Positions 8,652-19,332 of a DNA stretch of 64,000 nt are shown piece after piece; positions within the stretch are counted from its first letter, which is position 1; every line of letters starts with the position of its first letter. The notes beneath the pieces are model-generated. The model was not told the DNA's origin, did no database searches, and saw only the letters and a program-made list of their open reading frames with translations. A program made the translations under genes and the position numbers. This DNA comes from Nitrospirota bacterium (GTDB lineage Bacteria > Nitrospirota > JACRHJ01), in the NCBI GenBank assembly GCA_963845245.1, contig CAWJRJ010000016.1, positions 128,001 through 192,000 on the forward strand. The letters run 5' to 3'.

Positions 8652-9737
8652 ATGAATATCAGGTATCGCACATTAATAATTATTTCAGTCTTGTTTATCT
8701 TGTCCTCGCCCGCATACGCAGCACTTACAGCAGGGCCCGGTGGCCGGGTAGAGGGTCGCGTGATGTTCCACGACCAACCGCTTACGGGCGCATTCGTTTA
8801 CGTTTATAAAGACCCCGGAAGGCTTTTCGCCAAGGTCCCGGAGGTACCGCCTGTTGCTACCGACGCACAGGGGGCCTTCAGTATAGAGCTGCCCAAGGGC
8901 CAGTATTTCCTGGCCGCTAAGAAAAAGGGGACAGGCACAAAGGAGATTCTTGAGCCGGGCGATTTGTATTCTTTCTACGGCGGCAACCCGGTCTCGGTTG
9001 ACCCGGTAAGGCCGGCCAAGGCCACGCTTAATATGATGGTCAAACCCGGTATCAAGGACGATACTGCATCCGGCGACGACAAGGGCGGGGTCGAGGGAGT
9101 AGTCACCTTAAACGGCGAGCCTGCATCCGGTGTGGTGCTCTACGTCTACCTGAACGCAAACGACAACTTCCGCGGCATGGGCTATTACATGTCCCCGCCG
9201 ACCGGGGTGAACGGTGCATTCAAGATGCGGATGAACGAGGGCACGTTCTATATAATCGCCAGAAAACGGATGGACGGCAGCCTCGCAGGGCCGCTTCGCG
9301 AGGGCGACTACTTCGGATACCTCGACGAGAACCCGGTTGTTGTGAACAAGGGCAAGGTACGCCACGTCGAGATACCGGTCGTGCGGAAGGTCGAAAGGGT
9401 ATCTCCCGGCGGCCAGGGCAAGACGCTTATCGCGGGCGTTATCAAAGATAAGGAAGGGAAACCCCTTTCAGGTATGTACGCCTGCGTATACAAGAACGAG
9501 GGCATGACCGACAGGCCCGCTTTCGTCTCGAAGAAGACAGGCCCGGACGGCATCTTCGAGCTTGAGGTCCCGCTCGGCGGCAAATATTTCATCGGCGGCA
9601 GGAGCGCCATCGGCGGGCCGGTGGAGCCGGGCCAGTACTGGGGCCGTTACGGCGGCAGCACCGACCATTCCATAAGTCTTGATACCGGCGGCAAGGCCGA
9701 GGGGCTTGAGATTACCCTTGAGAAGGTCATCGAATGA
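8652..9737 (+). CDS. Secreted carboxypeptidase-regulatory-like domain protein (paralog 2)
   Basis: Signal peptide; three beta-sandwich units; FRGMGY, GPLREGDYFGY, GRY..STDHSI. Confidence 0.8.
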   Translation: MNIRYRTLIIISVLFILSSPAYAALTAGPGGRVEGRVMFHDQPLTGAFVYVYKDPGRLFAKVPEVPPVATDAQGAFSIELPKGQYFLAAKKKGTGTKEILEPGDLYSFYGGNPVSVDPVRPAKATLNMMVKPGIKDDTASGDDKGGVEGVVTLNGEPASGVVLYVYLNANDNFRGMGYYMSPPTGVNGAFKMRMNEGTFYIIARKRMDGSLAGPLREGDYFGYLDENPVVVNKGKVRHVEIPVVRKVERVSPGGQGKTLIAGVIKDKEGKPLSGMYACVYKNEGMTDRPAFVSKKTGPDGIFELEVPLGGKYFIGGRSAIGGPVEPGQYWGRYGGSTDHSISLDTGGKAEGLEITLEKVIE

Positions 9738-11669
9738 GACGTGTGCTGTTTTCAGTATTAACAGCGGCGCTGCTTCTTACCCTTGCAATACCTGTTCTTG
9801 CCGAAGAGAAAATAAACTCATATCAAAGACGGGGACGTCATAGCCTCTGACACCTCTTGGTCCGGTAGGATAGAGATAGAAGGAGTCGTCCTGGTGCCGG
9901 AAGGCGTAACCTTGACGGTTGAGCCGGGCACAATTGTCGCGTTCAGGAAGTCCGCTGCCCAGTACAAGGAGGAAGGCGGCGAGGGCAGCACCTCCGAGGT
10001 ACTGATACCCGGCAGCGGCATCAGGGTCGAAGGCAAGGTTGCAGCCATGGGAGAGAAAGCAAGGCCCATTACCTTTACATCAGCCGTAAGTTCTCCTGTT
10101 CCCGGCTCCTGGGGCTGCATTTTCCTCGACCACTCAAAGGGAAGCCTGTTTAAAAACTGTATCTTTGAGTACTCCGCGTATACCCTTCATTCGCACTTCT
10201 CCCAGTTCGACGTCTCACGCTGTATTATACGGCAATAACGAGGACGGCAGCCGCCTCGGCGTATCCAGGGTCTCATTCGACCACTGCGACATCTACAGCA
10301 ACACCGGCAAGGGCCTCAACTTCAGGCAGTGCAAGAACACGGTCACATGGTGCAATATCACCGGCAACCGCGACGGCATATTCCTTAACGAAAAGGACTC
10401 CGCCTGCACGATAGAGAACAACAACATCACCGGCAACACGGGGATGGACCTGCGCTTCGGCGACTTCCATGCGGAGGATGTTACCCTGAAGGGCAACTGG
10501 TGGGGGACGGCTGAGGCCTCGCAGATTGCGAGGAAGGTGTGGGACAAGGAAGACGACCCTAACATCGGCAAGGCGGCAATAGAACCTGCAAAAGCGGAAG
10601 TAATCGGCGCGGGCGTCGATGGTGTTACGCTTTCGGTCAAGTGGAAGTTCAAGACCGGCGGGTTCGTTGACTGTTCGCCCGCAGTGTCGGAAGGGATCTG
10701 TCTACTTCGGCTCATGGGACAAAAAGTTCTATGCGGTAAATGAAAAGACAGGCGAGCTTGTCTGGAGCTTTCAGACCGGCGATTGCGTTGACTCCTCTCC
10801 TGTGGTCTCTGAGGGCAGGGTCTTCTTTGGTTCGTGGGACAGAAATATCTATTGTCTCAATATAAAGGACGGCAAGCTTGTCTGGAAGTATGAAATGGCC
10901 CCTTCGAACTTCGACGACCACAGACAGGCCTCGCCGGTAATAGATAATGGAAATATTTATATGGGAGGCTTCAATCGTAGATTATACAAGCTTGATGCAC
11001 TTACAGGTAAAAAAATCTGGGAATATTTAACTGGAGGAGCGATTCGAAGTAAGGCATTTGATATTTGAACTCGAAGATTCCATCGAAGTAATGTTCCGGG
11101 TGTCTTTGTAAGCGAATAAAAATAATATATAGGTTCCGGTGACGGTTCGTTGTATATAATGATGACGAAACGGGTAGGGAAGACTTTTCAATATATGTTG
11201 TCCGGACCGGCAAAGCAGTAAATTCCTCTCCCTATAATTAAGAACAAAAGTTTATATTTCGGTTCAGGTGATGGCATATTATACAGCTTTGATAGCTGGT
11301 ATATGAGTGAAATCATGGAACTATGACACCGGCGGCCGCATCGAATATTCCTCCCCCTTAATGGCTGAAAATCTTGTCCTAATCGGCGACTGCAACGGTA
11401 CCCTCCATGCCGTTAATAAGGATACCGGCAAGCTGGCCTGGAAGTTCACCGGAGGGGGTGGCATATATTCGTCACCCCAGAGGGTAAATGACAGAGGCGT
11501 GTACGGCGACAACGCAGGAAACGTGTACTGCCTGGACCTCAAAACGGGCAAACCGGTAGGCCTTTTCAAGGCAGGAGATGCCGTACAGGGCCTGTCAGTG
11601 GGGCCTGACGGCACAATATACGCCGGTTCCCGCGACGGATACCTTTACGCCCTCTTATTAAGCCAATGA
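9734..11669 (+). CDS. Secreted right-handed beta-helix + PQQ-like (BamB-type) propeller fusion, multiply frameshifted
   Basis: Signal peptide MRRVLFSVLTAALLL from ATG 9734; fragments 9894-10238, 10165-10743, 10619-11068 and 11307-11669 join as DTSWSG...NWWG then repeated W.F.TG..V.SSP. Confidence 0.75.
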
Positions 11670-11684
11670 TGGTATAGTTTTTGC
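11670..11684 (+). promoter_or_regulatory. Putative internal sigma54 promoter
   Basis: TGGTATAGTTTTTGC, GG-N10-GC, 45 bp before the next ATG. Confidence 0.5.
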
Positions 11685-11729
11685 ACTTTATCCTTCCGGA
11701 ATAAAGTATTTCTCCGGAGTCAAAACAAT

Positions 11730-13115
11730 ATGAAAAGATTTATCCTGCTATTTCTTCTAATTGTCCTTGCCGCCGCACCGGCGTTCGGGCAAGAAACCCC
11801 CATAAGAATGTCCTCGGACATCAAAACCAACGCAACATGGTCCGGGACTATTGTCGTCGACCAGCCCATCAGGGTCCTGAAAGGCGCCACGCTGACACTC
11901 AAACCCGGTACTGTTGTCCGCTTCAAGAAGGGCGCGGGTATTACCGTCGCAGGGGTCCTGAAGGCCGCCGGTAAAAAGGGCAGCCTTATCACCTTCACCT
12001 CCGATGAGAAGGTCCCCGCCGCCGGTGACTGGACGATGAGCCTTGACGGCGCGGGCGATGGCACCATACTCAAAAGGTGCAGCATCAGCTATGCGGCGTC
12101 AATAGGCATGGCGGCCTGCTCGGTCCCGGTCCAGAACTGCGACATAGTTAATGGCGGGCAGGGCCTGGTGCTTGCACGCAAGGCGCAGCCCCTGGTCGAC
12201 GGAAATACCATCAGGTCGATGACGCAGGGTGGCATCAATTGCCAGATGGGCTCGGCGCCTGTCATATCCGGCAATATAATCGAAAAGTGCGGCCCGTTTG
12301 GCATTGCCGCGTCACAGGACTCATATCCCACGATAAAAGGCAACACCATATCCGGGTGCGAAACCGGCATATCCCTTTCGAAACCGGTACCGCCTGTAGA
12401 GAACAACACAATAAAGGACAACAAGGCCGGGATATTCCTCTCATCGGTCGGCAACGGCCTTGTAATCAGGAATAACCGTCTGAGCGGCAATGAGAGCGGG
12501 ATAGTCTGCCAGCAGTTCTCCTCCCCGCTTATCGAGAAAAACGACATCAGCGGAGGAAAGGAGTCGATTGTCTGCTTCAGGGCATCGAGTCCGGCAATCA
12601 AGAACAACAACCTCCACAACAGCGAAAAGGGTATTGTCTGCGTCCAGCTCTGCAACCCGCATATAAACGCCAACAACATATTCGAGAACAAAAAGGCGAT
12701 ATACCTGGACCTTTCCTCCTATGCCCTGATCAACGGCAACAATATCTACTCGAACGATATCGAGCTTGAACTTGGCAACATGTCCTCGGACTGGGAGCGC
12801 AAGGTAAACAATAAGCCCGAAAGGGGCAGCCAGGCGCAGAACGCATCCCTTGCCAGCAAGGGCAGGGCTGTCCGTCAGCAAGTGGACGACGGCGCACAGA
12901 TAATGGGCTTTGTAGACGCCACAAGCAACTGGTGGGGCCAGGCCGTGACCGCCGAGATGGAAAACAAGGGTTCTGATGCCAATATAAAGAGCTTCACGGA
13001 TTACTACGACACCCCGACCCGCACATATGAGGGCTACTCCGGGGTTTACATCCAGGACCGCATAAAGTATGATGGCTGGAAGAAGTCCAGGATAAAAACA
13101 GCCGGATTCCAATAA
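11730..13115 (+). CDS. Secreted right-handed parallel beta-helix (NosD-like) protein
   Basis: Signal peptide; NATWSG, TLTLKPGT, GDW; repeated P.I..N.I units; NWWG. Confidence 0.85.
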   Translation: MKRFILLFLLIVLAAAPAFGQETPIRMSSDIKTNATWSGTIVVDQPIRVLKGATLTLKPGTVVRFKKGAGITVAGVLKAAGKKGSLITFTSDEKVPAAGDWTMSLDGAGDGTILKRCSISYAASIGMAACSVPVQNCDIVNGGQGLVLARKAQPLVDGNTIRSMTQGGINCQMGSAPVISGNIIEKCGPFGIAASQDSYPTIKGNTISGCETGISLSKPVPPVENNTIKDNKAGIFLSSVGNGLVIRNNRLSGNESGIVCQQFSSPLIEKNDISGGKESIVCFRASSPAIKNNNLHNSEKGIVCVQLCNPHINANNIFENKKAIYLDLSSYALINGNNIYSNDIELELGNMSSDWERKVNNKPERGSQAQNASLASKGRAVRQQVDDGAQIMGFVDATSNWWGQAVTAEMENKGSDANIKSFTDYYDTPTRTYEGYSGVYIQDRIKYDGWKKSRIKTAGFQ

Positions 13116-13131
13116 TAAAGAGGATATTATC

Positions 13132-14220
13132 ATGTCACGTTTTCTGTTCAGTCTCGCCGTCTCTTTGATGCTTCTGTTGCCCGTTGTTGCCAACGCACAG
13201 GGCGATGCGGCCATCAAGGGTAAGGTAAACTTCCAGGGCAAGCCGCTCGAAGGGGCTTATGTCTACCTCTACTCGAAATACGACGGGGGTTTTAACGGCA
13301 AGGCCGACTTCCAGGCCGGGCCTACGGCCAAGGACGGGGCCTTCGAGGTTAAGGCCGCAAAAGGGCGTTATTACCTCGTCGCCAAAAAATATCTAAGCGG
13401 CAAGGAAGGCGTCCTTGTGCCGGGCGACTATTACTCCTATTACGGCGGGAACCCTGTCGTCGCGGGAGAGGGCGAGACGATCAACATCGGCATAAACTGC
13501 AGCCCCATAATCGACATGGGCGTCAAGGCAAAAGCGGGCGGCACCGGTATACGCGGCAGGGTATTCGCCGACGGGAAGCCGCTTGACCGCGCACGCGTCA
13601 CGCTCTACCAGGACGGCGAGACGATTTTCCGTGGCATAGGCTACGCATCGGTGCTCACCAACAAGGATGGCGACTTCGCGTTCAACCTCGACGAGGGCGC
13701 ATATTACGTCGTGGCCAGGAAGAGGGCGGGCGAGGACAAGATGGGCCCCCTGGGCGAGGGAGACTTCTTCGGGTTTGCCCACGAGAACCCGGTACCGGTC
13801 AAGAAGGACAACTATACGGTCATCTCGATTAGCATGGTCAACAAGCTCATCAAGGTGAAAGAGGGCGGGCAGGAAGTCACCCTCGGCGGCACGGTCAAGG
13901 CCGGAGAGACGGTCGTAGAGGGTTTTGTGGTGGACAAAGACGGCAAGCCCGTTGCTGGCGTGTACGCGAGCGCCTACCGCGATTCCATGATGACCCAGAA
14001 ACCCGATTTCATCTCGAAGGTAACCTCGCCTGACGGTAAATATGTGATCAACCTCTCGGAAGGTGGAGAGTACTTCATAGGGGCCAGGAACACCATCGGC
14101 GGCCCGGCCGAAAGGGGCGACCTCCTCGGGCGTTATGCCGGGAGCGAGGACCATTCAGTAAAGATAAAGACCGGCGAGAAACTTAAGGGCATAGACATTA
14201 CCGTGGAGACGGTGCAATGA
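13132..14220 (+). CDS. Secreted carboxypeptidase-regulatory-like domain protein (paralog 3)
   Basis: Signal peptide; GDYYSYYGGNPV, FRGIGY, GRYAGSEDHSV. Confidence 0.8.
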   Translation: MSRFLFSLAVSLMLLLPVVANAQGDAAIKGKVNFQGKPLEGAYVYLYSKYDGGFNGKADFQAGPTAKDGAFEVKAAKGRYYLVAKKYLSGKEGVLVPGDYYSYYGGNPVVAGEGETINIGINCSPIIDMGVKAKAGGTGIRGRVFADGKPLDRARVTLYQDGETIFRGIGYASVLTNKDGDFAFNLDEGAYYVVARKRAGEDKMGPLGEGDFFGFAHENPVPVKKDNYTVISISMVNKLIKVKEGGQEVTLGGTVKAGETVVEGFVVDKDGKPVAGVYASAYRDSMMTQKPDFISKVTSPDGKYVINLSEGGEYFIGARNTIGGPAERGDLLGRYAGSEDHSVKIKTGEKLKGIDITVETVQ

Positions 14221-15365
14221 GACTCTTACTACTGCTGATGTTTGCCGTAACACTGTCATTCGGCGCGACGATTTCTCTCGCGCACGAGGAAGGCTCCGCT
14301 CACAACATGCCAGCGGCCGCAAAACCCGCAGCGCAGACGCCGAACACAGGCTTTGAGGGCAGGGTGGTCTCAGACGGCCAGGTCATAGCCGGGGCCACCG
14401 TATATGCCTACAACAGCTTTGCAGACCTCGTCGCGATGAAGCCCGCTTTTGCGTCAGCCCTTACCGCGGACGACGGCACATGGAAGCTAGACCTCCCCAC
14501 CGGCAGGTATTATCTTGCAGCAAAGAAAAGGCAGGCCGGGCCGGGCGACGGCCCTACCGAGGCGGGAGACTACTTCTCCTTCCAGGGCTCGAACCCGATA
14601 ACCGTAGTGCCGGGCAGGTATACACATGTCGGCTTCTCGATGGTCAAGTTGGACGCCAAGCCGTCCTACACAGATTCCACTGACGCAGGCTCCGGTTCGC
14701 TTACCGGCGTGGTGTCCTACGGCGGCGTCCCTCTCGACGGCGCAAACGTCACACTCTACTTAGACGGCAAGAACGATTTCAGGGGCATGGGCTACTCCTC
14801 GTCGCCCCCGACAGGCAAGGACGGCGTCTTCAGGGTGGACTTCCTTCCGGAGAGCGACTACTTCGTAATCGTCAGGAAGAGGGCCAACGGCAAGGGCGCA
14901 GGGCCGCTCACGGACGGCGACTACTTCGGCTACTACGTTGCGAACCCCGTCCCGGTAAAGGCCGGCAAGGTGGCGAAGATAAGCCTCGGCGTGGTAAACA
15001 AGGCTGGTGAGATAGGCAAGGACGACAGCCTGTTCCGCGACACCGGAACGCATATAACCGGACGGATACTCGACAAAAACGGCAAGCCCGTAAAGGGCGT
15101 TTATGCTTTCGCCTACCTAGACAAGGTCATGGCGCACAAGCGGCCCGAGTACATTTCGCGCGCCGTCGACGAGAACGGCAAGTACGTGCTTAACCTTGCG
15201 CAGGGCGGCGTGTTCTACATAGGCTCGCGCTCCGACTATGGCGACACGCCCGGCATGGGCGAGTGGTACGGCCGCTACGAGGGCACGGGCGACCACTCTG
15301 TAAAGGTCAAGACCGGCGACGTACTCGAAGGCGTCGATATAACCGTCGAGCAGATACTGCCGTAA
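14217..15365 (+). CDS. Secreted carboxypeptidase-regulatory-like domain protein (paralog 4)
   Basis: Signal peptide then HEEGSAH; FRGMGY, GPLTDGDYFGY, GRYEGTGDHSV. Confidence 0.8.
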   Translation: MRLLLLLMFAVTLSFGATISLAHEEGSAHNMPAAAKPAAQTPNTGFEGRVVSDGQVIAGATVYAYNSFADLVAMKPAFASALTADDGTWKLDLPTGRYYLAAKKRQAGPGDGPTEAGDYFSFQGSNPITVVPGRYTHVGFSMVKLDAKPSYTDSTDAGSGSLTGVVSYGGVPLDGANVTLYLDGKNDFRGMGYSSSPPTGKDGVFRVDFLPESDYFVIVRKRANGKGAGPLTDGDYFGYYVANPVPVKAGKVAKISLGVVNKAGEIGKDDSLFRDTGTHITGRILDKNGKPVKGVYAFAYLDKVMAHKRPEYISRAVDENGKYVLNLAQGGVFYIGSRSDYGDTPGMGEWYGRYEGTGDHSVKVKTGDVLEGVDITVEQILP

Positions 15366-15371
15366 ATACCG

Positions 15372-15458
15372 TATTGTAGGGGCCGACCATCGTGTCGGCC
15401 CTGCATTTAAAAATGCAAAACACAGGAAGGGCCGACACGATGGTCGGCCCCTACAATA
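15372..15458. repeat. Inverted REP doublet (REPIN-like)
   Basis: 31-bp TATTGTAGGGGCCGACCATCGTGTCGGCCCT and its exact reverse complement, separated by 25 bp. Confidence 0.85.
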
Positions 15459-15471
15459 ACGTAGAAAAGAA

Positions 15472-16323
15472 ATGTCAAAAAAAATCTATTACATATTTAT
15501 GTTGCTCTATTTGGTTTCCGCCCCAGCCTTCGCCGCCGATCCGCTCTATTACGACAAGGGCTATATCACCAAGGACACCACCTGGAGCGGCACGGTGATC
15601 CTTAAGGGCCAGAACGTCGTTAAGCGCGGCGTCACGCTCACGATACTGCCCGGCACTTTAGTCAAATTTGTATGGGTCGACGAAGACGGCGACAACATCG
15701 GCGACGGAGAGCTTACCTGCGAAGGCAGGCTGATCGCGAAGGGCACGAAGGACAAAATGATTACCTTCACATCGGCGCAGGATAAACCGAAGATGAAGGA
15801 CTGGACTTTCGTCCAGATATCCGTCAACAAGGACTCAGAGGTGGAGTACTGTAAGTTCGAGTACGCCTTCTCCGGGCTCCAGGTGCACTACTCCACCGCA
15901 AGCGTGAAGAACTGCATCTTCACAAAAAACTTCGAAGGCATGCGGTTCTCGACGACGGACGTGCTGATCGAGCACAACGACTTCATAGACAATTACTTCG
16001 GCATCAGGTATGAGGCACACGGCTCCCGCACCACTGTGACGAAGAACACGTTCAAGGACAACGAACAGACGTTCTTCCCGGTGCAAAAAAGCGGGAAGAC
16101 GGTAAAGATATACGACAACAATATTGTCGGCAGCAAGAGCTACAGCGTCAAGCTCGGCGAAAACCAGAGGGAGGACATGGACTACACCAACAACTGGTGG
16201 GGCACGTCCAACCCGGACGACATCGATGCTGGAATATTCGACAAGACAAAGGACGGGGCGCTTGGCCTGGTTACGTGGAAGCCATTTTTAACCGCACCCG
16301 TCAAAGACTGCGGGATGATGTAG
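15472..16323 (+). CDS. Secreted right-handed beta-helix (NosD-like) protein
   Basis: Signal peptide; DTTWSG, TLTILPGT, ITFTS, NNWWGT. Confidence 0.85.
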   Translation: MSKKIYYIFMLLYLVSAPAFAADPLYYDKGYITKDTTWSGTVILKGQNVVKRGVTLTILPGTLVKFVWVDEDGDNIGDGELTCEGRLIAKGTKDKMITFTSAQDKPKMKDWTFVQISVNKDSEVEYCKFEYAFSGLQVHYSTASVKNCIFTKNFEGMRFSTTDVLIEHNDFIDNYFGIRYEAHGSRTTVTKNTFKDNEQTFFPVQKSGKTVKIYDNNIVGSKSYSVKLGENQREDMDYTNNWWGTSNPDDIDAGIFDKTKDGALGLVTWKPFLTAPVKDCGMM

Positions 16324-16332
16324 GAGAAGGCC

Positions 16333-17280
16333 ATGAGCTATGAATCTGAGAGGCGCAGGTTTTTAAAGGGGGCGCTCGCCTGCTCCCTGGCAGCGGGCGG
16401 GTTGCAACTCCTCAAAGGGAGTCCGGCAGGGTTTGTCGGCGAGGCTTTCGCGGCAGATGCAGGGAAGCCGACGATAGCCGTAGCCAAAAACGGCACGCCG
16501 GAGTCCATGACCCGCGCGGCCGTGATGGCGCTTGGCGGGATGGGCAAGTTCGTCAGAAGGGGCGACGTCGTCGTAGTCAAGCCGAACATCGGCTGGGACC
16601 GCACGCCCGAGCTTGCGGCCAACACAAACCCGGACGTCGTAAAGACGGTCGTGAAGATGTGCCTTGAGGCGGGCGCAAAGAAGGTGCGTGTCATGGACGG
16701 CCCGTGCAACGACCCGAGGCGCTGCTACAAACGTAGCGGCATAAAGGACGCGGTCGAGTCACTGAACAACCCGGCCGCCACCATAGAACACTTGGACGAG
16801 CGCAAATACGTGGAGATGCCCATAAAGAGGGGTACCACACTCAAGAGCTGGACGTTTTACAAGGATTTCTTCGACGCAGACAGGCTCATAAACATCCCGA
16901 TAGCCAAACACCACAACGCGGCGCGGCTCACGATGAGCCTTAAGAATATCATGGGCGTTCTCGGAGGCAACAGGGGCAACATACACCACGACCTTGATCA
17001 TAATATAGCCGAACTGAACACCGTCATGAAGTTTGACCTGATAGTGCTTGATGCGGTGCACATCCTTACAGGCAACGGCCCGCAGGGTGGCCGGATACAG
17101 GACGTAAAGACCATGAACACCGTCATCGCCGGGAAAGACCCGGTGGCGATAGACTCGTACGGGTCTACGCTTTTCAACATTACCGGCAAAGACGTGCCCC
17201 ATGTGCTTTACGCATCGCAGATGGGGCTTGGCGAGATCGACCTCAAGAAGGTCAAGGTAATGCGCGTTGACCTTGCCTAG
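16333..17280 (+). CDS. Tat-signal DUF362 family protein
   Basis: SERRRFLK Tat motif; VVVKPNIGWDRTPE..ANTNP, INIPIAKHH, SLKNIMG, DPVAID. Confidence 0.9.
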   Translation: MSYESERRRFLKGALACSLAAGGLQLLKGSPAGFVGEAFAADAGKPTIAVAKNGTPESMTRAAVMALGGMGKFVRRGDVVVVKPNIGWDRTPELAANTNPDVVKTVVKMCLEAGAKKVRVMDGPCNDPRRCYKRSGIKDAVESLNNPAATIEHLDERKYVEMPIKRGTTLKSWTFYKDFFDADRLINIPIAKHHNAARLTMSLKNIMGVLGGNRGNIHHDLDHNIAELNTVMKFDLIVLDAVHILTGNGPQGGRIQDVKTMNTVIAGKDPVAIDSYGSTLFNITGKDVPHVLYASQMGLGEIDLKKVKVMRVDLA

Positions 17281-18703
17281 GTCCCTGCTGATCTGGTTGC
17301 TGGTGGTGGTTGCGCCTGCGGCGGCCTTTGCAGCCGGCCCGTGGTTTACAGACGTCACGGAGACATCGGGCATACCGTCGCTCAAGTACGGCGAGGGCGT
17401 CAACTTCTGCGACCTCGACGGCGACGGGTTACCGGAACTCTTCCTGCCGTGTGTCAAGGGCAGGGACAGGCTGTACAAGAACATGGGCGGTTTCCGGTTT
17501 GCAGATGTCACGGACGCGAGAGGTATTAAGGAAAAGGACGGCATAGGGGCCGTATTTGCGGACTTCGATGGCGACGGCCAGTTCGACCTCTATGTCGTCA
17601 GGGGCGCATACCCCTATGGAATAAACGTTCTTTACAGGCAGGGACGCGATGGAAGGTTCATCGACATATCGGAAAAGTCCGGGGCCTCGGGCAGGAAAAA
17701 CGGCATATCGGCCGTTGCCGGAGACTTCGCGGGAAAAGGTAAGCTGGATATATTTGTATCCAACTGGGGCACGAATACACTTTACAAGAACAGCGGGGGC
17801 GGAAAGCTCCTGTTTTCAGACGCTACCGAAACATCAGGGCTCTCTGAGGAGGGCAAAAGCTGGGGCGCGCTGATATCCGACTTTAACTGCGACGGCAGGC
17901 CCGACATCTTCGTGATGCGTGGCGGCTTCGGCAAACCCGAGGACAGCAGGCTCTTTATAAACACAGGTACTGGTAGTTTCAGGGATACCGCAAAGGCTTC
18001 AGGCGTCACGGGCATCGGCTGGTCGATGGGTGCGGTCTCGGCCGACTTTAACGGCGACGGCTTCCCCGACCTGTTCGTCACCAATTACGACGGCCCGGAC
18101 CATTTATACCTGAACGACGGGAACGGCGGTTTCAGGGACGTGACTGCGGAATCCGGTATAACGTCCGGCCACAGCATAGGCGCGGCGGCGGGCTGCATAG
18201 ACGGAGACAGTAACCCCGACCTTGTCGTGGCGGGCTATGCCGGCCCGGTCAGGGTCTACAAGAACCTGGGCAGCGGGAAGTTTGCCGAAGTGAAGGACAC
18301 AGGCCTCGCCCTGTTCACAAAGAACGAAGGGGTCGCGCTTGCGGACGTGGATGGTAACGGGAGCCTCGACCTCTACGTCGCAAACTACGACGGACACAAT
18401 AAGTTGTACCGCAACAACCTTGGCGGTAAGAGCTACATAAAGGTGCGGCCGGCCGTCAAGGGCAGGGCCGCAGTGGGCGCGGTCGCAAGGCTCTACAAGT
18501 CTGGCGGTCTCGGCAAGAGGGAAGCCCTGCTTGCAAGCCAGGAGCTTCAGACGACATACGGTTTCTGTTCGCAGTCCCCGATGGAGCTTTTATTCAGGCT
18601 CCCCGACGCGGGACCTTATGATATAATGGTGCAGTTTCCCGGCGGCGCAAAGGTCAGCAGACGCGCAGTCAGTCCCGGGGTTATCGAGATTTCTGAGGAA
18701 TGA
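17267..18703 (+). CDS. Secreted FG-GAP/CRTAC1-family beta-propeller (second copy)
   Basis: Signal peptide; repeated DFxGDG.PD; GFCSQS C-terminal motif. Confidence 0.85.
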   Translation: MTLPRSLLIWLLVVVAPAAAFAAGPWFTDVTETSGIPSLKYGEGVNFCDLDGDGLPELFLPCVKGRDRLYKNMGGFRFADVTDARGIKEKDGIGAVFADFDGDGQFDLYVVRGAYPYGINVLYRQGRDGRFIDISEKSGASGRKNGISAVAGDFAGKGKLDIFVSNWGTNTLYKNSGGGKLLFSDATETSGLSEEGKSWGALISDFNCDGRPDIFVMRGGFGKPEDSRLFINTGTGSFRDTAKASGVTGIGWSMGAVSADFNGDGFPDLFVTNYDGPDHLYLNDGNGGFRDVTAESGITSGHSIGAAAGCIDGDSNPDLVVAGYAGPVRVYKNLGSGKFAEVKDTGLALFTKNEGVALADVDGNGSLDLYVANYDGHNKLYRNNLGGKSYIKVRPAVKGRAAVGAVARLYKSGGLGKREALLASQELQTTYGFCSQSPMELLFRLPDAGPYDIMVQFPGGAKVSRRAVSPGVIEISEE

Positions 18704-18726
18704 TAATACGTAACGGAGGTTTTGTG

Positions 18727-19332
18727 ATGTTGAGAAAGGTGCTCCTTTTAGCGTTGTTTGCCGTCTTTATGTTTTCAGGCGCCCAAAGTTCAAACGCCTG
18801 TGTCGGGAAGTCCCTGGTGATCGGGAGTGTCAACGGGCCGGACAATACCGTAATGGCCGATATGCTGTCCATACTCATCACGGAGCGTACCGGCACGACA
18901 GTGGTGGTCAAGACCTTTAACGACTATAAGTCGCTCGGCGAAGCGATGAAGAAGGGTGAACTAGACATAATGCTCGACTACACGGGCCGCTGCTATATCG
19001 ACGTCCTGGGCAAACAGCCCGAGGCGGACGAGGCTAAGGTGTTCTCCGCGTTGAAGGAAGTCTACCAGCGCGACATGAACCTTATCTGGCTTGAGCCCTT
19101 CGGTTTCTCTGACTCTGGCGTGCTTGGCGGAAAAGGCGGGAAGACCCCGTCCGTCGCCGCGCCTATAGTGAAGAAGGATACGCTCGGCAAGTTCCCTGCC
19201 CTGCCACGTGTGATAAACAAGCTCTCCGGCAAGATAGACAACGCCGTCATGTCAAAGCTTATCGCCGAGGGCGGCAACGGCAACACCAAGAAGGCGACCA
19301 GGAAGTTCCTGAAGGACAACAGACTGATATGA
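18727..19332 (+). CDS. OpuAC-like (glycine betaine ABC) substrate-binding-fold protein, stand-alone
   Basis: Signal peptide then CVGKSLVIG; GELDI.LDYTG, LIWLEPFGF, INKLSGKID. Confidence 0.7.
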   Translation: MLRKVLLLALFAVFMFSGAQSSNACVGKSLVIGSVNGPDNTVMADMLSILITERTGTTVVVKTFNDYKSLGEAMKKGELDIMLDYTGRCYIDVLGKQPEADEAKVFSALKEVYQRDMNLIWLEPFGFSDSGVLGGKGGKTPSVAAPIVKKDTLGKFPALPRVINKLSGKIDNAVMSKLIAEGGNGNTKKATRKFLKDNRLI

